From positions 14,818,001 through 14,882,000 of the forward strand of contig OZ059900.1 of assembly GCA_964057225.1 (NCBI GenBank): a DNA stretch of 64,000 nt, read 5' to 3'. A model generated the notes under the pieces. The model saw only the letters and a program-made list of their open reading frames with translations, did not search any database and had not been told where the DNA came from. The translations under genes and the position numbers were made by a program. The DNA comes from Auanema rhodensis (taxonomy: Eukaryota > Animalia > Nematoda). Position 1 is the first letter of the stretch. The number at the start of each line of letters is the position of its first letter. Shown here one piece after another: positions 1-12,270 of this stretch.

Positions 1-32
1 ATTAAATAACGATGAATCAGAACAAAAACATT

Positions 33-104
33 CTCCCCGTCCGGGAATTGAACCCGGGTCTCGCATGTGACAGACGCGGATTCTCACCACTATACTACCG
101 AGGA
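33..104 (-). tRNA. trnD-GTC: tRNA-Asp(GTC), variant allele (T23A, C66A)
   Basis: 72-nt cloverleaf with anticodon loop CT-GTC-AC; A12:A23 and G7:A66 mismatches. Confidence 0.8.
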
Positions 105-463
105 TTGAATTTGCACTTAGAAACTTTCATTAAGAGTGTGAGTTTGAATTAAAGTAGAAAAATGAAACACTTTCTCTAACATATCTTGATTTATGGCCTA
201 CTTTACTCAAAGAGCTAATTGAAGTTTGGTGTTAAAATGAACAATTGATTAACGCTGACGTTCCGTTTTTTTTTCATAGTAATTGAGATAGAACATTTAA
301 ATTAAATGGAAATGTTTAAAAATTTAGAAAAAAAACACAAGCTAAAATCACTTTTGAAAAAACAGAAAGTTTAAAACAACCTTTTTTCTAATAATTATCT
401 TTTTTATCCGACTTTTGGAAAAAAACAAAAATAGCATAACATTCAATAACGATGAACCAGAAC

Positions 464-468
464 AAAAA
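464..468 (-). terminator. Pol III oligo-dT terminator (T5), one per monomer
   Basis: Minus strand reads ...GGGGAG-AATG-TTTTT-GTTC, so the T run starts 4 nt after the discriminator. Confidence 0.85.
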
Positions 469-484
469 CATTCTCCCCGGCCGG

Positions 485-493
485 GAATTGAAC
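485..493 (-). promoter_or_regulatory. Pol III type-2 B box (GTTCAATTC), TFIIIC site, one per monomer
   Basis: tRNA positions 53-61 match GTTCRANYC. Confidence 0.9.
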
Positions 494-526
494 CCGGGTC
501 TCGCATGTGACAGACGCGGATACTCA

Positions 527-537
527 CCACTATACTA
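527..537 (-). promoter_or_regulatory. Pol III type-2 A box (TAGTATAGTGG), one per monomer
   Basis: tRNA positions 8-19 fit the TRGYNNANNGG-type A-box consensus. Confidence 0.85.
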
Positions 538-544
538 CCGAGGA

Positions 545-585
545 TTGAATTTGCACTTAGAAACTTTCATTAAGAGTGTGAGTTT
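545..585 (-). promoter_or_regulatory. Conserved 5' flank; putative TFIIIB/initiation region (TTAAT at about -29..-25, CAA at -3..-1)
   Basis: Minus strand ...CACTCTTAATGAAAGTTTCTAAGTGCAAATTCAA|TCCTCGG, near-invariant across monomers. Function is inferred from position only. Confidence 0.45.
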
Positions 586-911
586 GAATTAAAGTAGAAA
601 AATGAAACACTGTCTCTAACATATCTTGATTTATGGCCTACTTTACTCAAAGAGCTAATTGAAGTTTGGTGTTACAATTAACGATTGATTAACGCTGACG
701 TTTCAATTTTTTTCATCGTAATTAAGATAGAACACTTAAATAAAATAGAAATGTTTGAAAATTTAAAAAAAAATCACAAGCTCAAACCACTTTTGAAAAA
801 GCAGAAAGTTTAAAACAATCTTTTTTCTAATAATTATCGTCTTTATCCGATTTTTTGAAGAAAACAAAAATAGCATAACATTCAATAACGATGAATCAGA
901 ACAAAAACATT

Positions 912-983
912 CTCCCCGGCCGGGAATTGAACCCGGGTCTCGCATGTGACAGACGCGGATACTCACCACTATACTACCGAGGA
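912..983 (-). tRNA. trnD-GTC: tRNA-Asp(GTC), consensus copy
   Basis: Identical to 473..544. Confidence 0.95.
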
Positions 984-1350
984 TTGAATTTGCACTTAGA
1001 AACTTTCATTAAGAGTGTGAGTTTGAATTAAAGTAGAAAAATGAAACACTTTCTCTAACATATCTTGATTTATGGCCTACTTTACTCAAAGAGCTAATTG
1101 AAGTTTGGTGTTAAAATGAACAATTGATTAACGCTGACGTTCCGTTTTTTTTTCATAGTAATTGAGATAGAACATTTAAATTAAATGGAAATGTTTAAAA
1201 ATTTAGAAAATATCACAAGCTAAAATCACTTTTGAAAAAACAGAAAGTTTAAAACAACCTTTTTTCTAATAATTATCTTTTTTATCCGACTTTTGGAAAA
1301 AAACAAAAATAGCATAACATTCAATAACGATGAATCAGAACAAAAACATT

Positions 1351-1422
1351 CTCCCCGGCCGGGAATTGAACCCGGGTCTCGCATGTGACAGACGCGGATA
1401 CTCACCACTATACTACCGAGGA
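1351..1422 (-). tRNA. trnD-GTC: tRNA-Asp(GTC), consensus copy
   Basis: Identical to 473..544. Confidence 0.95.
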
Positions 1423-1788
1423 TTGAATTTGCACTTAGAAACTTTCATTAAGAGTGTGAGTTTGAATTAAAGTAGAAAAATGAAACACTGTCTCTAACAT
1501 ATCTTGATTTATGGCCTACTTTACTCAAAGAGCTAATTGAAGTTTGGTGTTACAATTAACGATTGATAAACGCTGACGTATCAATTTTTTTCATCGTAAT
1601 TAAGATAGAACACTTAAATTAAATAGAAATGTTTGAAAATTTAAAAAAAATCACAAGCTCAAACCACTTTTGAAAAAGCAGAAAGTTTAAAACAATCATT
1701 TTTCTAATAATTATCGTCTTTATCCGACTTTTTGAAGAAAACAAAAATAGCATAACATTCAATAACGATGAATCAGAACAAAAACATT

Positions 1789-1860
1789 CTCCCCGTCCGG
1801 GAATTGAACCCGGGTCTCGCATGTGACAGACGCGGATTCTCACCACTATACTACCGTGGA
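1789..1860 (-). pseudogene. tRNA-Asp triple-mismatch allele (T4A, T23A, C66A); representative of ~22 copies
   Basis: Plus strand ccccgtcc / ggattctc / ccgtgga gives A4:G69, G7:A66 and A12:A23 mismatches. A/B boxes and anticodon are intact. Confidence 0.6.
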
Positions 1861-3106
1861 TTGAATTCGCACTTAGAAACTTTCATTAAGAGTGTGAGTT
1901 TGAATTAAAGTAGAAAAATGAAACACTGTCTCTAACATATCTTGATTTATGGCCTACTTTACTCAAAGAGCTAGTTGAAGTTTGGTGTTAGAATGAACAA
2001 TTGATTAACGCTGACGTTTCAATTTTTTTCATCGTAATTGAGATAGAACATTTAGAATTAATGGAAATGTTTAACAATTTAGAAAAAAAACACAAGCTCA
2101 AATCACTTTTGAAAAAACAGAAAGTTTAAAACAACCCTTTTTCTAATAATTATCTTTTTCATCCGACTTTTGGAAAAAAACAAAAATAGCATAACATTAA
2201 ATAACGATGAATCAGAACAAAAACATTCTCCCCGTCCGGGAATTGAACCCGGGTCTCGCATGTGACAGACGCGGATTCTCACCACTATACTACCGAGGAT
2301 TGAATTTGCACTTAGAAACTTTCATTAAGAGTGTGAGTTTGAATTAAAGTAGAAAAATGAAACACTTTCTCTAACATATCTTGATTTATGGCCTACTTTA
2401 CTCAAAGAGCTAATTGAAGTTTGGTGTTAAAATGAACAATTGATTAACGCTGACGTTCCGTTTTTTTTTCATAGTAATTGAGATAGAACATTTAAATTAA
2501 ATGGAAATGTTTAAAAATTTAGAAAAAAAACACAAGCTAAAATCACTTTTGAAAAAACAGAAAGTTTAAAACAACCTTTTTTCTAATAATTATCTTTTTT
2601 ATCCGACTTTTGGAAAAAAACAAAAATAGCATAACATTCAATAACGATGAACCAGAACAAAAACATTCTCCCCGGCCGGGAATTGAACCCGGGTCTCGCA
2701 TGTGACAGACGCGGATACTCACCACTATACTACCGAGGATTGAATTTGCACTTAGAAACTTTCATTAAGAGTGTGAGTTTGAATTAAAGTAGAAAAATAA
2801 AACACTGTCTCTAACATATCTTGTTTTATGGCCTACTTTACTCAAAGAGCTAATTGAAGTTTGGTGTTACAATTAACGATTGATAAACGCTGACGTATCA
2901 ATTTTTTTCATCGTAATTAAGATAGAACACTTAAATTAAATAGAAATGTTCGAAAATTTAAAAAAAAATCACAAGCTCAAACCACTTTTGAAAAAGCAGA
3001 AAGTTTAAAACAATCTTTTTTCTAATAATTATCGTCTTTATCCGACTTTTTGAAGAAAACAAAAATAGCATAACATTCAATAACGATGAATCAGAACAAA
3101 AACATT

Positions 3107-3178
3107 CTCCTTGGCCGGGAATTGAACCAGGGTCTCGCATGTGACAGACGCGGATACTTACCACTATACTACCGAGGA
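3107..3178 (-). pseudogene. tRNA-Asp variant (G68A, G69A, G51T, G20aA)
   Basis: Plus strand ctccttggcc and aaccaggg give C5:A68 and T51:C63 mismatches. Confidence 0.6.
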
Positions 3179-6100
3179 TTGAATTTGCACTTAGAAACTT
3201 TCATTAAGAGTGTGAGTTTGAATTAAAGTAGAAAAATGAAACACTGTCTCTAACATATCTTGATTTATGGCCTACTTTACTCAAAGAGCTAATTGAAGTT
3301 TGGTGTTACAATTAACGATTGATAAACGCTGACGTATCAATTTTTTTCATCGTAATTAAGATAGAACACTTAAACCAAATAGAAATGTTTGAAAATTTAA
3401 AAAAAAATCACAAGCTCAAATCACTTTTGAAAAAGCAGAAAGTTTAAAACAATCTTTTTTCTAATAATTATCGTTTTTATCCGACTTTTTGAAGAAAACA
3501 AAAATAGCATAACATTCAATAACGATGAATCAGAACAAAAACATTCTCCCCGGCCGGGAATTGAACCCGGGTCTCGCATGTGACAGACGCGGATACTCAC
3601 CACTATACTACCGAGGATTGAATTTGCACTTAGAAACTTTCATTAAGAGTGTGAGTTTGAATTAAAGTAGAAAAATGAAACACTGTCTCTAACATATCTT
3701 GATTTATGGCCTACTTTACTCAAAGAGCTAATTGAAGTTTGGTGTTACAATTAACGATTGATTTACGCTGACGTTTCAATTTTTTTCATCGTAATTAAGA
3801 TAGAACACTTAAATAAAATAGAAATGTTTGAAAATTTAAAAAAAAATCACAAGCTTAAACCACTTTTGAAAAAGCAGAAAGTTTAAAACAATCTTTTTTC
3901 TAATAATTATCGTCTTTATCCGACTTTTTGAAGAAAACAAAAATAGCATAACATTCAATAACGATGAATCAGAACAAAAACATTCTCCTTGGCCGGGAAT
4001 TGAACCCGGGTCTCGCATGTGACAGACGCGGATACTCACCACTATACTACCGAGGATTGAATTTGCACTTAGAAACTTTCATTAAGAGTGTGAGTTTGAA
4101 TTAAAGTAGAAAAATGAAACACTGTCTCTAACATATCTTGATTTTTGGCCTACTTTACTCAAAGAGCTAATTGAAGTTTGGTGTTACAATTAACGATTGA
4201 TTAACGCTGATGTTTCAATTTTTTTCATCGTAATTGAGATAGAACATTCAAATTAAATGGAAATGTTTAAAATTTAGTAAATATCACAAGCTCAAATTAC
4301 TTTTGAAAAAACAGAAAGTTTAAAACAACCTTTTTTCTAATGATTATCTTTTTTATCCGACTTTCGGAAGAAAACAAAAATAGCATAACATTCAATAACG
4401 ATGAATCAGAACAAAAACATTCTCCCCGGCCGGGAATTGAACCCGGGTCTCGCATGTGACAGACGCGGATACTCACCACTATACTACCGAGGATTGAATT
4501 TGCACTTAGAAACTTTCATTAAGAGTGTGAGTTTGAATTAAAGTAGAAAAATAAAACACTGTCTCTAACATATCTTGTTTTATGGCCTACTTTACTCAAA
4601 GAGCTAATTGAAGTTTGGTGTTACAATTAACGATTGATAAACGCTGACGTATCAATTTTTTTCATCGTAATTAAGATAGAACACTTAAATTAAATAGAAA
4701 TGTTCGAAAATTTAAAAAAAAATCACAAGCTCAAACCACTTTTGAAAAAGCAGAAAGTTTAAAACAATCTTTTTTCTAATAATTATCGTCTTTATCCGAC
4801 TTTTTGAAGAAAACAAAAATAGCATAACATTCAATAACGATGAATCAGAACAAAAACATTCTCCTTGGCCGGGAATTGAACCCGGGTCTCGCATGTGACA
4901 GACGCGGATACTCACCACTATACTACCGAGGATTGAATTTGCACTTAGAAACTTTCATTAAGAGTGTGAGTTTGAATTAAAGTAGAAAAATGAAACACTG
5001 TCTCTAACATATCTTGATTTATGGCCTACTTTACTCAAAGAGCTAATTGAAGTTTGGTGTTACAATTAACGATTGATAAACGCTGACGTATCAATTTTTT
5101 TCATCGTAATTAAGATAGAACACTTAAACCAAATAGAAATGTTTGAAAATTTAAAAAAAAATCACAAGCTCAAATCACTTTTGAAAAAGCAGAAAGTTTA
5201 AAACAATCTTTTTTCTAATAATTATCGTTTTTATCCGACTTTTTGAAGAAAACAAAAATAGCATAACATTCAATAACGATGAATCAGAACAAAAACATTC
5301 TCCCCGGCCGGGAATTGAACCCGGGTCTCGCATGTGACAGACGCGGATACTCACCACTATACTACCGAGGATTGAATTTGCACTTAGAAACTTTCATTAA
5401 GAGTGTGAGTTTGAATTAAAGTAGAAAAATGAAACACTGTCTCTAACATATCTTGATTTATGGCCTACTTTACTCAAAGAGCTAATTGAAGTTTGGTGTT
5501 ACAATTAACGATTGATTTACGCTGACGTTTCAATTTTTTTCATCGTAATTAAGATAGAACACTTAAATAAAATAGAAATGTTTGAAAATTTAAAAAAAAA
5601 TCACAAGCTTAAACCACTTTTGAAAAAGCAGAAAGTTTAAAACAATCTTTTTTCTAATAATTATCGTCTTTATCCGACTTTTTGAAGAAAACAAAAATAG
5701 CATAACATTCAATAACGATGAATCAGAACAAAAACATTCTCCTTGGCCGGGAATTGAACCCGGGTCTCGCATGTGACAGACGCGGATACTCACCACTATA
5801 CTACCGAGGATTGAATTTGCACTTAGAAACTTTCATTAAGAGTGTGAGTTTGAATTAAAGTAGAAAAATGAAACACTGTCTCTAACATATCTTGATTTTT
5901 GGCCTACTTTACTCAAAGAGCTAATTGAAGTTTGGTGTTACAATTAACGATTGATTAACGCTGATGTTTCAATTTTTTTCATCGTAATTGAGATAGAACA
6001 TTCAAATTAAATGGAAATGTTTAAAATTTAGTAAATATCACAAGCTCAAATTACTTTTGAAAAAACAGAAAGTTTAAAACAACCTTTTTTCTAATGATTA

Positions 6101-8370
6101 TCTTTTTTATCCGACTTTCGGAAGAAAACAAAAATAGCATAACATTCAATAACGATGAATCAGAACAAAAACATTCTCCCCGGCCGGGAATTGAACCCGG
6201 GTCTCGCATGTGACAGACGCGGATACTCACCACTATACTACCGAGGATTGAATTTGCACTTAGAAACTTTCATTAAGAGTGTGAGTTTGAATTAAAGTAG
6301 AAAAATAAAACACTGTCTCTAACATATCTTGTTTTATGGCCTACTTTACTCAAAGAGCTAATTGAAGTTTGGTGTTACAATTAACGATTGATAAACGCTG
6401 ACGTATCAATTTTTTTCATCGTAATTAAGATAGAACACTTAAATTAAATAGAAATGTTCGAAAATTTAAAAAAAAATCACAAGCTCAAACCACTTTTGAA
6501 AAAGCAGAAAGTTTAAAACAATCTTTTTTCTAATAATTATCGTCTTTATCCGACTTTTTGAAGAAAACAAAAATAGCATAACATTCAATAACGATGAATC
6601 AGAACAAAAACATTCTCCTTGGCCGGGAATTGAACCCGGGTCTCGCATGTGACAGACGCGGATACTCACCACTATACTACCGAGGATTGAATTTGCACTT
6701 AGAAACTTTCATTAAGAGTGTGAGTTTGAATTAAAGTAGAAAAATGAAACACTGTCTCTAACATATCTTGATTTATGGCCTACTTTACTCAAAGAGCTAA
6801 TTGAAGTTTGGTGTTACAATTAACGATTGATTAACGCTGACGTTTCAATTTTTTTCATCGTAATTAAGATAGAACACTTAAATAAAATAGAAATGTTTGA
6901 AAATTTGAAAAAAAATCACAAGCTCAAACCACTTTTGAAAAAGCAGAAAGTTTAAAACAATCTTTTTTCTAATAATTATCGTCTTTATCCGATTTTTTGA
7001 AGAAAACAAAAATAGCATAACATTCAATAACAATGAATCCGAACAAAAACATTCTCCCCGGCCGGGAATTGAACCCGGGTCTCGCATGTGACAGACGCGG
7101 ATACTCACCACTATACTACCGAGGATTGAATTTGCACTTAGAAACTTTCATTAAGAGTGTGAGTTTGAATTAAAGTAGAAAAATGAAACACTGTCTCTAA
7201 CATATCTTGATTTATGGCCTACTTTACTCAAAGAGCTAATTGAAGTTTGGTATTACAATTAACGATTGATAAACGCTGACGTATCAATTTTTTTCATCGT
7301 AATTAAGATAGAACACTTAAATTAAATAGAAATGTTTGAAAATTTAAAAAAAAATCACAAGCTCAAATCACTTTTGAAAAAGCAGAAAGTTTAAAACAAT
7401 CTTTTTTCTAATAATTATCGTTTTTATCCGACTTTTTGAAGAAAACAAAAATAGCATAACATTCAATAACGATGAATCAGAACAAAAACATTCTCCCCGG
7501 CCGGGAATTGAACCCAGGTCTCGCATGTGACAGACGCGGATACTCACCACTATACTACCGAGGATTGAATTTGCACTTAGAAACTTTCATTAAGAGTGTG
7601 AGTTTGAATTAAAGTAGAAAAATGAAACACTGTCTCTAACATATCTTGATTTATGGCCTACTTTACTCAAAGAGCTAATTGAAGTTTGGTGTTACAATTA
7701 ACGATTGATTAACGCTGACGTTTCAATTTTTTTCATCGTAATTAAGATAGAACACTTAAATAAAATAGAAATGTTTGAAAATTTAAAAAAAAATCACAAG
7801 CTCAAACCACTTTTGAAAAAGCAGAAAGTTTAAAACAATCTTTTTTCTAATAATTATCGTCTTTATCCGATTTTTTGAAGAAAACAAAAATAGCATAACA
7901 TTCAATAACGATGAATCCGAACAAAAACATTCTCCCCGGCCGGGAATTGAACCCGGGTCTCGCATGTGACAGACGCGGATTCTCACCACTATACTACCGA
8001 GGATTGAATTTGCACTTAGAAACTTTCATTAAGAGTGTGAGTTTGAATTAAAGTAGAAAAATGAAACACTGTCTCTAACATATCTTGATTTATGGCCTAC
8101 TTTACTCAAAGAGCTAATTGAAGTTTGGTGTTACAATTAACGATTGATTAACGCTGACGTTTCAATTTTTTTCATCGTAATTAAGATAGAACACTTAAAT
8201 AAAATAGAAATGTTTGAAAATTTGAAAAAAAATCACAAGCTCAAACCACTTTTGAAAAAGCAGAAAGTTTAAAACAACCCTTTTTCTAATAATTATCTTT
8301 TTCATCCGACTTTTGGAAAAAAACAAAAATAGCATAACATTCAATAACGATGAATCAGAACAAAAACATT

Positions 8371-8442
8371 CTCCCCGGCCGGGAATTTAACCCGGGTCTC
8401 GCATGTGACAGACGCGGATACTCACCACTATACTACCGAGGA
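8371..8442 (-). pseudogene. tRNA-Asp B-box mutant (C56A); first of ~18 copies
   Basis: Plus strand gggaatttaaccc makes the B box GTTAAATTC; invariant C56 is lost. Confidence 0.7.
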
Positions 8443-8809
8443 TTGAATTTGCACTTAGAAACTTTTATTAAGAGTGTGAGTTTGAATTAAAGTAGAAAAA
8501 TGAAACACTGTCTCTAACATATCTTGATTTATGGCCTACTTTACTCAAAAAGCTAATTGAAGTTTGGTGTTAGAATGAACAATTGATTAACGCTGACGTT
8601 TCAATTTTTTTCATCGTAATTGAGATAGAACATTTAAAATAAATGGAAATGTTTAACAATTTAGAAAAAAATCACAAGCTCAAACCACTTTTGAAAAAGC
8701 AGAAAGTTTAAAACAACCCTTTTTCTAATAATTATCTTTTTCATCCGACTTTTGGAAAAAAACAAAAATAGCATAACATTAAATAACGATGAATCAGAAC
8801 AAAAACATT

Positions 8810-8881
8810 CTCCCCGTCCGGGAATTGAACATGGGTCTCGCATGTGACAGACGCAGATACTCACCACTATCCTACCGAGGA
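8810..8881 (-). pseudogene. Degenerate tRNA-Asp (T11G, C27T, G51A, G52T, C66A)
   Basis: Plus strand gaacatggg, gacgcagat, ctatccta, ccccgtcc: acceptor, D and T stems all mismatched. Confidence 0.75.
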
Positions 8882-10123
8882 TTGAATTTGCACTTAGAAA
8901 CTTTCATTAAGAGTGTGAGTTTGAAATATAGTAGAAAAATGAAACACTGTCTCTAACATATATTGATTTTTGGCCTACTTTACTCAAAGAGCTAATTGAA
9001 GTTTGGTGTTACAATTAACGATTGATTAACGCTGATGTTTCAATTTTTTTCATCGTAATTGAGATAGAACATTCAAATTAAATGGAAATGTTTAAAATTT
9101 AGTAAATATCACAAGCTCAAATTACTTTTGAAAAAACAGAAAGTTTAAAACAACCTTTTTTCTAATGATTATCTTTTTTATCCGACTTTCGGAAGAAAAC
9201 AAAAATAGCATAACATTCAATAACGATGAATCAGAACAAAAACATTCTCCCCGGCCGGGAATTGAACCCGGGTCTCGCATGTGACAGACGCGGATACTCA
9301 CCACTATACTACCGAGGATTGAATTTGCACTTAGAAACTTTCATTAAGAGTGTGAGTTTGAATTATAGTAGAAAAATGAAACACTGTTTCTAACATATCT
9401 TGATTTATGGCCTACTTTACTCAAAGAGCTAATTGAAGTTTGGTGTTAGAATGAACAATTGATTAACGCTGACGTTTCAATTTTTTTCATCGTAATTGAG
9501 ATAGAACATTTAGAATAAATGGAAATGTTTAACAATTTAGAAAAAAAACACAAGCTCAAATCACTTTTGAAAAAACAAAAAGTTTAAAACAACCCTTTTT
9601 CTAATAATTATCTTTTTCATCCGACTTTTGGAAAAAAACAAAAATAGCATAACATTAAATAACGATGAATCAGAACAAAAACATTCTCCCCGTCCGGGAA
9701 TTGAACCCGGGTCTCGCATGTGACAGACGCGGATTCTCACCACTATACTACCGTGGATTGAATTCGCACTTAGAAACTTTCATTAAGAGTGTGAGTTTGA
9801 ATTATAGTAGAAAAATGAAACACTGTCTCTAACATATCTTGATTTATGGCCTACTTTACTCAAAGAGCTAATTGGATTTGGTGTTAGAATGAACAATTGA
9901 TTAACGCTGACGTTTTAATTTTTTTCATCGTAATTAAGATAGAACACTTAAATAAAATAGAAATGTTTAACAATTTAGAAAAAAATCACAAGCTCAAACC
10001 ACTTTTGAAAAAGCAGAAAGTTTAAAACAACCCTTTTTCTAATAATTATCTTTTTCATCCGACTTTTGGAAAAAAACAAAAATAGCATAAAATTAAATAA
10101 CGATGAATCAGAACAAAAACATT

Positions 10124-10195
10124 CTCCCCGTCCGGGAATTGAACCCGGGTCTCGCATGTGACAGACGCAGATACTCACCACTATCCTAACGAGGA
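10124..10195 (-). tRNA. trnD-GTC: tRNA-Asp variant with T7:A66 pair (also T11G, C27T)
   Basis: Plus strand ctatcctaacgagga (T7) occurs together with ccccgtcc (A66). Confidence 0.55.
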
Positions 10196-11436
10196 TTGAA
10201 TTTGCACTTAGAAACTTTCATTAAGAGTGTGAGTTTGAATTATAGTAGAAAAATGAAACACTGTTTCTAACATATCTTGATTTATGGCCTACTTTACTCA
10301 AAGAGCTAATTGAAGTTTGGTGTTACAATTAACGATTGATTAACGCTGATGTTTCAATTTTTTTCATCGTAATTGAGATAGAACATTCAAATTAAATGGA
10401 AATGTTTAAAATTTAGTAAATATCACAAGCTCAAATTACTTTTGAAAAAACAGAAAGTTTAAAACAACCTTTTTTCTAATGATTATCTTTTTTATCCGAC
10501 TTTCGGAAGAAAACAAAAATAGCATAACATTCAATAACGATGAATCAGAACAAAAACATTCTCCCCGGCCGGGAATTGAACCCGGGTCTCGCATGTGACA
10601 GACGCGGATACTCACCACTATACTACCGAGGATTGAATTTGCACTTAGAAACTTTCATTAAGAGTGTGAGTTTGAATTATAGTAGAAAAATGAAACACTG
10701 TTTCTAACATATCTTGATTTATGGCCTACTTTACTCAAAGAGCTAATTGAAGTTTGGTGTTAGAATGAACAATTGATTAACGCTGACGTTTCAATTTTTT
10801 TCATCGTAATTGAGATAGAACATTTAGAATAAATGGAAATGTTTAACAATTTAGAAAAAAAACACAAGCTCAAATCACTTTTGAAAAAACAGAAAGTTTA
10901 AAACAACCCTTTTTCTAATAATTATCTTTTTCATCCGACTTTTGGAAAAAACAAAAATAGCATAACATTAAATAACGATGAATCAGAACAAAAACATTCT
11001 CCCCGTCCGGGAATTGAACCCGGGTCTCGCATGTGACAGACGCGGATTCTCACCACTATACTACCGTGGATTGAATTCGCACTTAGAAACTTTCATTAAG
11101 AGTGTGAGTTTGAATTATAGTAGAAAAATGAAACACTGTCTCTAACATATCTTGATTTATGGCCTACTTTACTCAAAGAGCTAATTGGATTTGGTGTTAG
11201 AATGAACAATTGATTAACGCTGACGTTTTAATTTTTTTCATCGTAATTAAGATAGAACACTTAAATAAAATAGAAATGTTTGAAAATTTAAAAAAAAATC
11301 ACAAGCTCAAACCACTTTTGAAAAAGCAGAAAGTTTAAAACAATCTTTTTTCTAATAATTATCGTCTTCATCCGACTTTTTGAAGAAAACAAAAATAGCA
11401 TAACATTCAATAACGATGAATCCGAACAAAAACATT

Positions 11437-11508
11437 CTCCCCGGCCGGGAATTGAACCCGGGTCTCGCATGTGACAAACGCGGATACTCACCACTATACT
11501 ACCGAGGA
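11437..11508 (-). tRNA. trnD-GTC: tRNA-Asp(GTC) with C32T, the only anticodon-loop variant seen
   Basis: Plus strand gtgacaaacg; loop reads TTGTCAC, otherwise consensus. Confidence 0.8.
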
Positions 11509-11947
11509 TTGAATTTGCACTTAGAAACTTTCATTAAGAGTGTGAGTTTGAATTAAAGTAGAAAAATGAAACACTGTCTCTAACATATCTTGATTTATGG
11601 CCTACTTTACTCAAAGAGCTAATTGAAGTTTGGTGTTACAATTAACGATTGATTAACGCTGACGTTTCAATTTTTTTCATCGTAATTAAGATAGAACACT
11701 TAAATAAAATAGAAATGTTTGAAAATTTAAAAAAAAATCACAAGCTCAAACCACTTTTGAAAAAGCAGAAAGTTTAAAACAACCCTTTTTCTAATAATTA
11801 TCTTTTTCATCCGACTTTTGGAAAAAAACAAAAATAGCATAACATTCAATAACGATGAATCAGAACAAAAACATTCTCCCCGGCCGGGAATTTAACCCGG
11901 GTCTCGCATGTGACAGACGCGGATTCTCACCACTATACTACCGTGGA

Positions 11948-12270
11948 TTGAATTCGCACTTAGAAACTTTCATTAAGAGTGTGAGTTTGAATTATAGTAG
12001 AAAAATGAAACACTGTCTCTAACATATCTTGATTTATGGCCTACTTTACTCAAAGAGCTAATTGGATTTGGTGTTAGAATGAACAATTGATTAACGCTAA
12101 CGTTTTAATTTTTTTCATCGTAATTGAGATAGAACATTAAAAATAAATGGAAATGTTTAACAATTTAGAAAAAAACGATGAATCCGAACAAAAACATTCT
12201 CCCCGGCCGGGAATTGAACCCGGGTCTCGCATGTGACAGACGCGGATACTCACCACTATACTACCGAGGA
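11948..12270 (-). repeat. 323-bp monomer with ~115-bp spacer deletion; consensus tRNA at 12199..12270
   Basis: Junction ttagaaaaaaac|gatgaatccg at ~12176. Confidence 0.9.

Larger units (their letters stand above)
473..544 (-). tRNA. trnD-GTC: tRNA-Asp(GTC), consensus copy (representative of ~56 identical copies)
   Basis: Acceptor stem TCCTCGG/CCGGGGA, D stem GTAT/GTAT (two G:U), anticodon stem CGCGT/ATGCG, loop CTGTCAC, T stem CCGGG/CCCGG, loop TTCAATT, discriminator G73. No encoded CCA, no intron. Confidence 0.97.

Noticed and set aside
291-316. Short inverted repeat aacattt...aaatgtt and other A/T dyads, suggesting a second structured RNA in the spacer
   Set aside because: AT-only stems that are disrupted in many haplotypes without compensation. 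No recognisable 5S, SL, snRNA or second tRNA motif.
105-544. Monomer length ~439 bp is about 3 x 146-147 bp nucleosome cores, with A-tract phasing
   Set aside because: Leaves no linker DNA, I see no internal ~146-bp subrepeat, and the A-tract spacing is irregular by eye. Numerology without MNase data.
603-610. GTGTTTCA on the minus strand, resembling the nematode piRNA Ruby motif CTGTTTCA
   Set aside because: One mismatch, no clear YRNT at the expected distance, and an 8-mer like this is likely by chance in AT-rich DNA. It would need 21U small-RNA data.
696-701. TGACGT CRE/ATF-like site in each spacer
   Set aside because: Only a 6-mer, polymorphic (tgatgt in many monomers), with no Pol II gene context.
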